Below, piece after piece: positions 53,588 through 64,000 of a stretch of DNA of 64,000 nt. How positions within the stretch are numbered: the first letter of the stretch is position 1; every line of letters begins with the position of its first letter. The stretch is from contig NC_058368.1 in the NCBI RefSeq assembly GCF_018350175.1, positions 217,374,001 to 217,438,000 on the forward strand, written 5' to 3'. Under the pieces are notes generated by a model, which was given only the letters and a program-made list of their open reading frames with translations, had not been told where the DNA came from and searched no databases. The stretch is from Felis catus (Eukaryota). The translations under genes and the position numbers were made by a program.

Positions 53588-54181
53588 TGAAAGGAACAAT
53601 CCAAATGACAGCCCTGCCTTAGTTTAAAGCTAGGTTCTCTTTTCTGCTTATTATGGATCTTTGATAAGAAATACAATTGCTGTTTGCTACGAGCATTGTG
53701 AGGCCTTTCCTGAATGTAACCCGCTGTGTAGTAGAATGGGTTGTAAACCTTCCTAAATGTAGTCTGATATGTAATGGAATGAGTGATTGTACATAAACTA
53801 ACTGGCATTTCTCGCTTCTGTAAACCTGCTTGCTTAGCACATTCCTCACCTACCCCCTTCCCCCTTCCCCCTTTTTCCTCCTGCCACAAGTAAGGGACAA
53901 AGCCTTCCCGCCAAAGGACAAAGGACGCCCAATCAGAGAACAACAAATGTCCTTACTTTAAAATCAACTAATCAGGCCCCTCATAATTTGAAACCTCCCC
54001 TGTGCTATTTGTCTCTGTCTATAAAAACGCTGTACCAACCCTGATCGAGGCCTCTTGCGTCACCGGCGACGAGTGCGCAGAGGACCAGGTTCGAACCTGC
54101 AATAAACGACCCTTGCCGCTTGGCTTTGACTTACGACTCTGGTGGACTTTTGTGGGAGGTTTCGGAACTTCGGGCATTACA
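53588..54181 (+). mobile_element. Young gammaretrovirus-like solo LTR (594 bp)
   Basis: TG...CA ends, 4 bp TSD cgag (53584-53587, 54182-54185), CCAAT, TATA, AATAAA, many CpGs. Confidence 0.92.
53929..54106 (+). promoter_or_regulatory. LTR promoter and polyadenylation signals
   Basis: CCAAT at 53929-53933, TATAAAA at 54020-54026, AATAAA at 54101-54106, in U3-R order; activity not demonstrated. Confidence 0.7.
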
Positions 54182-54387
54182 CGAGTGCAGCAATTTCAGC
54201 CCATAGGGTGATCCCCATGCTTTAATAAAACCACCTGTTTGCAACAAAGACATCTATCTCAAGAATTCTTTCTTGATCCTTCGCTCACAGGTCCCACTTC
54301 AAATCACATCATGAACCTTTCACCCATCCACACAACCTTTGTGCTTAGATTGCCTTCTACAGACAGAGTTGTCAAAAACAATACAAA

Positions 54388-54978
54388 GTAAGGGAGGAAA
54401 AGTAGTTTTCCCCCTACCTTTCTAGGTTCTTGGCTGAATCCTTCATGTAACAACAACAACAACGAAAAATGAATAGAAAAAAAAAAAACCCAGAAAGTTT
54501 AATAACATGTATACCTCTTGCATACATGGGATCTATCCATGAAAACTGAGTAACTCTCTGAAATGGCCCAACCCGCCACCTTAAATACTATCTCCAGCTA
54601 AAGTCAAGAAAAAGGTGTTGGGAATGGAGGAGAACCTAGTTATAGGAGGTTATTAGGAAAAGCGTGATTAGCAAAAAAAAAAAAAAAAAAAAAAAGGAAA
54701 AGCCTGATTAATCAGGGGTATGACTGTTATGCAGATTTAAGTCAATTGCTTTCTACAGGGGTAAGAATTTCTAGAGTTTTAGTCATTCTTCTCTTCCTGG
54801 TTCCAGAGGGAGAAATCCTTACAAATAGAGATTCCCCTTATAAATGTAAATGTCTCTTACAAAAGAGTAACTTCTACTAGGTTTTCAGAGCTTCTCAAAG
54901 GTCTGCTGTTTTTTTTAAAAAACAACCAGCTCAAGATCATTCTTATGCCAAAGGGTGGCAAATTCCTCAACCCAAACT
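54388..54978 (-). mobile_element. ERV1 solo LTR (MER34/MER39-like)
   Basis: gtaagggaggaaaagtagttttcccctacc...aacaaccagctcaagatcattcttatgccaaag...gtggca is the antisense form of a MER34/39-type LTR. Confidence 0.65.
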
Positions 54979-56300
54979 TGTGAAATGTTGTTAGGTAAAT
55001 GAGTTCTTGGATTTGGTTAATATATCAATTGCTTCAATGCACTATTAGGGCACATTTTTTTTAAGTAGGAGTCACTCTGTAGTGCTTAAAAATCTGTCTG
55101 AATTGTTGAGTGATCCAAAACAACACAATGTCATGATACATTAATATTTAAAGAGTTCACATAATCTAAGCTGTGATCAAGTTAATCAGAAATAAACAGA
55201 AAAACAACTGATTTGATGTTGTCATCCTTCTACAAAGTATAAGAAAAAAACTGATACATAATAAGCCTCTCTTATAGCCATTGTGGCCAGATGAACTTAT
55301 AAGACATAAGATATACAAATTAGAAATAAACACTTTAGGGGAAATAAACATTTTTGAAGGTCTAAATGCAGAATAAGTAACAAAGAAGAGGTACCCTTTG
55401 TTGACAGAAAATAAGAAAGTAACAATGCACAACTCTATGCTTTCTGCAAAATGCAACACTGTAGGAATCGTTAATAAAGGAAAACAAAAACCTGATAGAG
55501 CAACTCATTCTGCATAACTTTAATTTAAATAATTTAATACTTGAACTCTAAAAGAGTTATAAAATTGTGACGTGTGGCCAAAAGATAAAAGTGTGTGTAT
55601 GTATCCATACACTCTAATTCTTTGGACCTTCATTTCATTTGGTCTCAGTGGCTTTTTGCCTTGCCTTTAAATTTTTAAAATCAACAACAAATGTGTAATA
55701 CATATGTATTTGCAGTTTTGGAATACAATTCAAATCCACAGGGACTTGAGAAAAAAATATTAAGACAACACAATTCTATTTGTAAGATGGCAAATTAATA
55801 AAGAGAATCTTTGAGTATGATAATAGTTTTAACTGCCATTAAACAAACATTTGAGATTTTTAGGTCATTATGAATTAAAGACAGTAATATACTTACGCAA
55901 TTGCTTAAGATTTTCTCAAAATTGCAGAGCACACCATAAAATATTGTAAATTTGATATTAATTTAAAACATTTGTATGTATAATCAAGGCTAATGCATTG
56001 TTACAGAAATGAAAAATATTTCATTTAATGGCTATCATTTAGCAACATAAAATACAACAAAATTAAAAAAAAACATTCTTAGTAATTAAAAAGTTTAAAT
56101 CAAGGAGAATATCCTTGTAATAAAAATCATTACGAAAGAAATGAATTTTGTAAAAAAATGCATATAGGGTCAAAAATGCAGTATAAATACAAAAAGTACT
56201 CTATGACCATATTCTTTGAACTTCTTTTTTTAATTAATGAATGGCAAACATTAAATTTTTAGTTCTCCTTTACCATTAAATTCTTGATCAATTTTTTCAT

Positions 56301-56645
56301 TGCTATGCTAGACTGAGTAATGGCCCCATAAAAGATGTCCACATTCTCATCTCTAGAACCTACGAATGTCACCTTATATGCCAATGTTACATTAAGGATT
56401 GTGATATGAGATTATACTGGATTACTTGGGGGACACAAAATGCAGTAACCAGTATCCTTAAAAGAAGTAGGAGGGAGATTTCACACATAAGAGCAGAAGG
56501 CAATGTAATCAGGAAGGCAGAGTTTGGAGTTCTGGAAAGGAAACTACAGAATGCTGGCAGCCCAGGGAAGGAAGCAAGGGACAGATTCTTCTCTACAGCC
56601 TCCAAAGGGAGCGTGATCCTGTTGGGAACTTGTTTCTTGATATCA
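56301..56645 (+). mobile_element. MaLR LTR (MLT1C-like), 3'-incomplete
   Basis: taatggcccc..aaagatgtccacattctcatctctagaacct...gaagcaagggacagattcttctctacagcctcca. Confidence 0.8.
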
Positions 56646-58286
56646 ACCCTGGGATACTGTATTCTTACTTTTGGACTTTTTAAACACCCAGTGCACTTAA
56701 CACAGCATAATGGATTTATATTCTGTCATAAACTCCTTATCTCGTTTTAGACCCTGTCACCAGTAGTCTACAAACCACACTCTAGGAAGCTTAAGCTCAT
56801 CTGTCCCTTCTGTCAACATTAATCCAGTCTCGTATTTGTTTCTTTATTTTTATCACTTGGCATTTCTTTGTCCTCATTTCTTTGAAATGAAACTCATTTC
56901 ATTTAAAATCTACAAATTTAAAAGATCCTCAATTTCTCCTTAAAATTACTTTTAAAAAACTTAAAAGAATAACCCTAGCAACAATTTCATTTATTGTATT
57001 TTTCTATTCAAAAATACTTTTGTTTATCTATGCTACTGGTTATTTTATACAATCCCCTAACCATGGAGGAAATTTTCATGGTCATTTTTTCCTATTTTGG
57101 TGGTAAGATGAAAGTCAACCTGTAAATAAACTAAAACATATACATTTGCTTAGTCTATTTCTCTGTGTTTAATAGATTAACATATTTGGTAATAGTATTT
57201 TCAAATACTTTTATAAATAAGTGTTTTGCTTAATATAATAAGAACCTCTCAACTAAACTAATAATCATGGACACACCTTCAATTTATTATCAAAGGAACT
57301 TAGCAAATAGATCTTAAACCTTTTGCTATTTTAAATAGCAAACATCTCTCTATTAATGCAGTGAAAAGCTATGGATAGTTGTAACTTCTTTTTTTTTTCA
57401 AAAAGCCAAGAGTGTTGCTTTCTTTATAATAATATGAATTGAAAAGAAATGTGGTGCATTTACCTTGAAAGCATGTTACATACTTTCAAAAGATGTGGTG
57501 TATTTATTGTCAAAGAAGATGTTTCCTCACCAAATATTTATTTGAGACTCATTTGTGTAAAGAATGGCTTCTTTGTAGATAAATATATTTGTATATAAGA
57601 GCTAAGAAGAAGCAGTAGCCTTGAAATAGACTGAAGTAAAAAAAATATATTTATTGAGAGTAATTATAATTTAAATAGTCTGCTATGATTCTTAATACAG
57701 CCATTGTGATTCTGCTTTTCTATAAACTATCAATGGGATTGTTATTTCCCTGCAATAAATCAATTTTAATCAGACACTTATTCGGAGATTTCAGATCAGA
57801 TCCCCTACCCCCGCCCCCCTCCCCACCCTTTACTACTACCTTTCATTATTCAAAGGAAATTACTACTGGAATTTATCATTTGTGAAAGAAAGAAAAGATC
57901 TAATTTATTGGGTTTTTTTTTCTTAGACATAATGAGTTTTAGAGACTGGTTATTTATATGCACAAACATTTTTTTAGAACTTGGAACAGAATTTTTTAGA
58001 CTAACATAACTGACTTTTAGGCAAATTATTAAATCTACACTATAGATTAGCTTGATCTGTGTACAGGGAGAGGAAAAAAGTTAACTTACAACTACTATCT
58101 CAGTGAGACTTGTAGACTAGGAAGCGCATTCTTTAGAACAGTTTCTACTCTATACAATCTTCCCTGTTTTACAAATATTGTAATCATTTTAATATTTTGC
58201 AAAATAATATCCCTCAGAAAATACAGCTGGAAGTACAACACAAACTTTCTTCTCCACTAGCAGATTTATTAGAAAAGATTACTTTA

Positions 58287-58523
58287 TTTTATTCTTTCTT
58301 TTTTTATGTTTATTTATTTATTTATTTATTTTTTTGAGAAAGAGAGAGAGACAGAGTGTGAGTGGTGGAGGAGCAGAGACAGAGGGAGACACAGAATCCA
58401 AAGCAGTCTCCAGCCTCTGAGCTGTCAGCACAGAGCCTGACACGGGGCTCGAACCCATGAAACGTGAGATCATGACCTGAAACGAAGTCAGACACTCCAC
58501 CAACTGAGCCACCCAGGTGCCCC
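58287..58523 (-). mobile_element. CanSINE with TSD
   Basis: TSD agaaaagattacttta / agaaaagatttcttta. Confidence 0.95.
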
Positions 58524-58864
58524 AAGAAAAGATTTCTTTAGGAAGGAATGTATTTGAGTTCTTTCTTCTCTAAGTGTTGGCCATTATTTTAAATTGCAAA
58601 TCCATGACTTTTCCTTTCTTCCTATGTACAAACTAGGAAACAGAACATGGCATAATATATTTCAATTTACATATGTAGTCAAGAAATCTTTCTTTTTTAT
58701 GTATATTTTATGTATATTTAAATTTAAATGTACTTCATTTGAAATTGTTTATTTGCAGTGACATCTCCTTGTTCTATTCTAGATTATACTCTTTGATACC
58801 TTCTATTGTAAATAGAAAATTATGTCAATAAAACAACTTTCAGTAAAACTTAATGTTTATACTT

Positions 58865-59168
58865 GAATTCTCTAACAGTAGCCACAAGCTACATGTGGCT
58901 ACTGAGCATTTGAAATATGACTAATCATAATTGAGACATTCCATAAGTATAAAATACACACTGGATGGCACATACTAAGTATGGAAAAAAAACATGTAAA
59001 ATATCTCAGGAATATCTTTTTAAATTGATGACATAGTAAAATGATACTGTTTGAGATATTTTGAATTAAATAAAACATTAAAATTAATTTCACCTCCTTC
59101 TTTTTATTTTTTATGTAGTTACTAGAAACTTAAAATCATCACACTCACATTTCTATTGAAAGGAGCTG
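58865..59168. mobile_element. MER33-like hAT-Charlie DNA transposon relic
   Basis: gtagccacaagctacatgtggctactgagcatttgaaat...taaaatacacactggat...aaaattaatttcacct. Confidence 0.8.
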
Positions 59169-59174
59169 TTTTAT

Positions 59175-59401
59175 GGGGCACCTGGGTGGCTCAGTCGGTT
59201 AAGCATCCAACTTTGACTCAGGTCATGATCTCCTGGTTTGTGGTTTTGAGCTCCGTGTCAGGCTCTGCACTGACAGCTCAGAGCCTGGAGACTGCCTCAC
59301 ATTCTGTGTCTCCCTCTCTCTCTGATCTTTGTCCACTTGCACTCTGTCTCTTTCTCTCTCTCTCTCAAAAATAAATAAACGTTAAAAAATGTTTTTTTAA
59401 A
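59175..59401 (+). mobile_element. CanSINE
   Basis: Canonical; flanks aaaggagctgtt/aaaggagctatt. Confidence 0.95.
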
Positions 59402-59463
59402 AAAGGAGCTATTGTGTATCATTAAGCACTTTACAAAATATATGCAAAGGAAATGTCTCATTT

Positions 59464-59651
59464 AAAAAAAAATGTTTATTTAGAGAGAGAGAGCAGAAGA
59501 CAGGCAGAGAGAGGAAGAGAGAGAGAATCCCAAGCAGGCTTCCCACTGGCGGCCAGCACAGAGCCTGATGCAGTCCACAAACTGTGAGATCATGACCTGA
59601 GCCAAAAACCAAGAGTCAGATGCTTAACCAACTGAGCCATCCAGGTGCCCC
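59464..59651 (-). mobile_element. CanSINE with TSD
   Basis: TSD gaaatgtctcattt / gaaatgtcccattt. Confidence 0.92.
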
Positions 59652-59980
59652 AGAAATGTCCCATTTAGTCATCAATAAATAAGAAAATCAAAATTCAATG
59701 AGGTTAATTGGCTTGGTTAGCTCAACTAACTCAAAAGTAAGGAGATTTTCTGCCTCCAAGTTATTTTTCTATCTTCCCAAACCAATTGCAAGGTAGTTAG
59801 CATGAACGTTCCTTGGGCAACAGGTGGCAAGAGTTGAAGTCCTGATAGCTAAACTATTTTTTTTCATTAAAAGAATATATTTTTACAAATTAAAATATCA
59901 ATGTCAATCTGGTTTACTAATAAATCAACTCAAAAAGATAAATCTAAAAAAATATTACTTATTGATCTCGCTGCAGGTAA

Positions 59981-60815
59981 TAATATGGAGAACAAGGACA
60001 AAATAAAAAGAAAATTAAATTTCCTTACAACTTATAGCCCAATGACAAGTCCTTGAGACAGGCAGAGTGACCTTCCTCTAGGAACTCAACTACCCCCATG
60101 TTGATACTTTGCTAAGGGCAAAAGGCAATCTTAGGTTAACATTATCCCTACCTCCAGGATCCTAAAAGTCTCCTTTAACATATAAAAATTCCTCTGGAAA
60201 CTTCCTTTATCTCTACTCCTCTAAGATATATATTAGCAATCATCCTCCAAGCATATAACTCACTGATGATATATATCTGAAGGGTCTCATGACTAAGGTT
60301 TTATTAGACAGTAATAAATGACCTTTTCCTAACAATAGCTAGCCCCCTCAAGGCTCTGGAAACCTAGTTCAAATTCTTTAAAGACTCATGCTATCCCTAA
60401 TCCCCTAACTTGAAGATATATAATCAATTGCTCCTCACCATCTTTATTAACAAATAGAATCCCAGTGCTGCTCTTTAGGCTCATGGGTCCTGTCCCCATG
60501 CTTTAATAAAACTACCTTTTTGCACTAGAGATGTATCAACAATTTTTTATTTCCTTCTTTCTTTTTCTTTAAAGTTTGTTTATTTAATTTGGGAGAGAGT
60601 GGGAGGGGCAGAGAGAGAGAGCCAGAGAGAGAGAATCCCAAGCAGGCTCCCTACTGTCAGCGCAGAGTCTAATGCGGGGCTTGAACTCACCAAATGTGAG
60701 ATCATGACCTGAGCTGAAACCAAGAGTCGGTTGCTTAACTGACTAAGCCACCCAGACACCCCATCAAGAATTATTTCTTGACCATTTGCTTCAAACTCCC
60801 AACATTTCCACATCA
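59981..60815 (+). mobile_element. ERV solo LTR related to 53300-54311, carrying a SINE
   Basis: Shares aattaaatttcctt, tatataatcaattgctcctcac, tccccatgctttaataaaac and the cacatca end; probable TSD gtaa. Confidence 0.85.
60545..60762 (-). mobile_element. CanSINE inserted in LTR
   Basis: TSD atcaacaatt / atcaagaatt. Confidence 0.93.
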
Positions 60816-61020
60816 GTAACATATGTTTTTTCACTTTATGAAAACCTTATTAAGATATTTATTTGTGTTTTGTGCTTTGGTCTGTATTTTGTTACATTTT
60901 TGGGGAATTCAACGGTCATGATTTCAGAATCTAAAAATCCTACAAAATTTGTCATCAAGACATTCCTTTAATGAAGTTTTTATTATTGTTTTCCCAATAA
61001 TGTATTAAAGAATGTAAGGT

Positions 61021-61235
61021 GAGCCACCTGCGTGGCTAAGTCAGTGTAGTGCCCAACTCTTGGTTTCAGCTCAGGTCATGATCTCATGGTTTGTGAGATT
61101 GAGTCCCGTGCAAAGCCTGTTTGGGATTCTCTGTCTCCCCCTCTCCCTGCCCCTCTCCCACTCAACACTCACAAGTGCTCTTTCTTGCTCTGTCTCAAAA
61201 TAAATAAATAAAAATTAACAAAATTAAAAAAAATA
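61021..61235 (+). mobile_element. CanSINE (degenerate, internal deletion)
   Basis: cacctgcgtggctaagtcag head, ctcaggtcatgatctc, CT tract, A tail. Confidence 0.88.
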
Positions 61236-62273
61236 AAGGTAACTATGCTCCTTAAGATAGTTTTAAGAAGGTGTAGCAAAAACATAGTATAAAATGTCAG
61301 TGCAAAATATCAGTTGACAAAAATGTACAGAAGTCAATACACTAAAATTGGGAAAAACATATTAAAAATAGTAGTAAAAAGTATCTTGAATATATATGAC
61401 AATATATCAAATTTAACATTTTCTTCCTAAATATGATTAATAAATGTTTAGTTTAAGTACACATTATAATTTATTTTAAATTTATCTTATGCTTGCCTGT
61501 CAATTTGAAATTTGATTATTTGTTTTAGGAAAACAAGCTCAGATTTAACTAAGCATTTGAAAAGTCAATGCATGTGATTCTATTGATAGAATTTTATTTA
61601 ATCATCTGCTAATTGTCATCATTGTAAAAATGTGTTGGATAATGTAAAATTATGGATTTTGAATCCAATCTTAAAATTACCTGATTTCAATCATTTGTGC
61701 TCATTTTCATTGATTGACAGTCTGGACAAAATGATAAATAGTGATACATTTTTGTGTGTGCTGAGATGGAAGCAGTGAAGAATGAATTATAAAATTAAAG
61801 CAGTTTGCCTCTCTTGAATCATACTTAGTATAGAGGCTTTAGAACCTATCAGAGTATTACCCATCTAACATGCCAAATACAGTAGCCATTCCAAACTAAT
61901 CTTCTATTTCTTCATCAATATTCTTTATTAACAAATAGAATTTATAATTTGACTTGAGAGATTAGACTAAAATATGTCTTAATTTTGATTTAGGTATTTG
62001 TCATTAATAACAAAGTATAGAGGATGATAAAGAGTTTTGAGTTTTCATATAGGTAGTAAAAATTAATTTTTAAAAGTTTAAATTATTTTGGTAAGTAATG
62101 CTAGATAATTGAATTTTTACTTTCTGCTCAAGCTCCATTTTATATACTAGTGTAGAAAAAAGAAAATAACATATATACATATGTTATATATAACATATAT
62201 GTATACAAAACATAATTGTATATATGTATATAAAACTCATTCCTTCCTCAGATCTGTATTTTAAAATGCTTTA

Positions 62274-62471
62274 GGGGTGCCTGGGTGGCTCAGTCGGTTA
62301 AGCGTCCGACTTCAGCTCAGGTCATGATCTTACAGTCTGTGAGTTTGAGCCCCGTGTCAGGCTCTGTGGAGCCTGCTTCGGATTCTGTGTCTCCCTCTCT
62401 CTCTGCCCTTCCTCTGCTCATGCTCTGTCTCTCTCTGTCTCAAAAATAAATAAAAACATTTGAGAAAAATC
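62274..62471 (+). mobile_element. CanSINE with internal deletion, TSD
   Basis: TSD aaaatgcttta; ctctgtg|gagcctg junction. Confidence 0.94.
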
Positions 62472-62775
62472 AAAATGCTTTAAAAGCATTCCTTCCTGGC
62501 CAGTCAAAAGGCCGCTGAAATTGGTATCATATGGACTGGGGATAAGATTTCCATGGTAGTTCTCTGGAAGATTCCACTTGTAAGCCATTGCAAGGGAAGA
62601 CAGAGGCACAACCTTCATTAAGAGGGAGAGGAAAGAGATGATTTTTGGAGAGTACAGTTTTTGTAAGCCTCATCGTCAAACATCAATATGGTAGACAAAA
62701 TCTTTCAGGAATCATTCAATAGGAAGTCAGATACTTCAAAAACAAGGCCATAAAATCTTTTGTCTATTTAAGGCA

Positions 62776-62970
62776 TTTTTAAAAATGTTTATTTATTTAT
62801 TTTAACAGACAGAGAGATTGAGAGAGCAAGCAGGGGAGGGGCAGAGAGAGAGAAGAGAGAGAATCTGTGCTAAGAGCTCAGTGCTGCGACAACATGCTGG
62901 AACCCACAAACCTTGAGATCTTGAAAAATCAAGAGTCAGATGCTTAACTGACTGAGCCACCTAGGTGCCC
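62776..62970 (-). mobile_element. CanSINE
   Basis: TSD tctatttaaggc / tctatgtaaggc. Confidence 0.9.
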
Positions 62971-63925
62971 TTCTATGTAAGGCTTTCTGTTCATATATGT
63001 TAGTTTTGACTTTCTTTGTTTCTCCTTAATGACTTGAAGATAAACACTAAAAATGCAAAGGGTTTTATATTTTTCCTAAGGGACTGCAGAGACCTTGGGA
63101 GATCACATTTATTTCACACCCAGTTGAGGAAGCAAGAAAAAAAGCTGTTGAAGTGAAAAAGTGATAGTAGTTTGTAACATTATTCAAATTGTGGGGTAAT
63201 TTATTATTTAAAAAATTAAAACTACTATAAATAGATAATATATCCATGGTTGTGGAAGTTACCTCTTATTTATACCATGTGTTGAGTTAATTAGCATTTG
63301 AAGTATCTTTATAATGTCTGAACATCCTAGAAAGTGATTGTTTAATACATGAAATTCTATTGAGAAAATCTAAATGCAAGAGTTTCTTAACATAATTGAC
63401 CTTAGAGATATCTCCTCATTGGTGAAATGAATGGGGCTTAAAACAGAAGGTTAAGAAGATTATTCAGGTCTCAAAATTCCCCAGTGGATAAGACATGTAA
63501 TAGCTGACAAGCTCATTGTTCAATACCATGGGATAGTAACCAAGGTCAAGAGTACTGTAGGGTCTGCCACTGCCATTTTAGAGAGGACCTTGTTGCCTAA
63601 AGTGACAATATAGTTCTACCTGCCTCTTAATATCCTGCAATGGTGAAGGTTAGTGCTGCAGATTAGAGAATAAGGTTTCCCAAAACAACAGAAGAGTTTC
63701 AGTGCCTGTTTGTTTACAATAAATGTTTCTACTTTGAGGCAGAATTTGGATCTAAGACTTCTTTTCCTTACATCTTAATATTTTCTGAATAGATAAATCA
63801 GTTAAGATAAATTTGCACCATATTGTGTTTTGGGTTACATGCTGAGCAAGAGATGGTAAACAAGTATAATACTTATTCTTTAATAGTTTACTGTTCAGCC
63901 TAAACTGCTAACTTTTACACTTTTA

Positions 63926-64000
63926 ATTTCTTTTCTTTTCTTTTCTTTTCTTTTCTTTTCTTTTCTTTTCTTTTCTTTTCTTTTCTTTTCTTTTCTTTTC
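63926..64000. repeat. (TTTTC)n, runs off the window end
   Basis: Direct; may be the tail of a minus-strand retroelement beyond the window. Confidence 0.95.

Larger units (their letters stand above)
53300..54311 (+). mobile_element. Older ERV solo LTR (host), split by a nested LTR
   Basis: Termini tgatgtg...cacatca (inverted), TSD tgaac; homologous to 59981-60815. Confidence 0.88.

Noticed and set aside
53566..53946. Longest ORF (126 aa, minus strand)
   Set aside because: Lies antisense in LTR U3 with a non-ATG start and no recognisable domain.
53300..60815. Two related same-strand LTRs ~5.7 kb apart as a possible provirus
   Set aside because: Each has its own flanking TSD, they differ substantially, and the interval has no PBS or gag/pol/env but does contain older MLT1 and MER33 relics.

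Overview
This 64 kb window is AT-rich mammalian non-coding DNA (intergenic or deep intronic). It is almost certainly from a cat or other felid, judging from about 36 tRNA-derived CanSINE/SINEC_Fc elements and young L1_Fc-type 3' ends. I find no credible protein-coding gene: the ORF-track entries are SINE or microsatellite read-throughs, chance ORFs, or L1 ORF2 remnants. The window holds layered transposons: ancient MIR, L2, L1M, MLT1, LTR33 and MER5A/MER33; carnivore-age L1 and ERV1 LTRs; and young felid SINEs, L1s and one young gammaretrovirus-like solo LTR. I did not find a convincing new biological system. The most notable signals are mutational-mechanism footprints read directly from the sequence: (1) a SINE split by a ~277 bp copy of local DNA from ~1.2 kb downstream; (2) a 20 bp locally templated insert in an LTR; (3) a young CpG-rich solo LTR with a 4 bp TSD nested in an older solo LTR; (4) a twin-primed, 5'-inverted L1; (5) two tail-only retroposition scars; (6) a hairpin-bounded 45 bp tandem duplication; (7) adjacent AT-rich palindromes. 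Repeat family names come from recognition by eye and need RepeatMasker/Dfam confirmation. Boundaries without a stated TSD are approximate.
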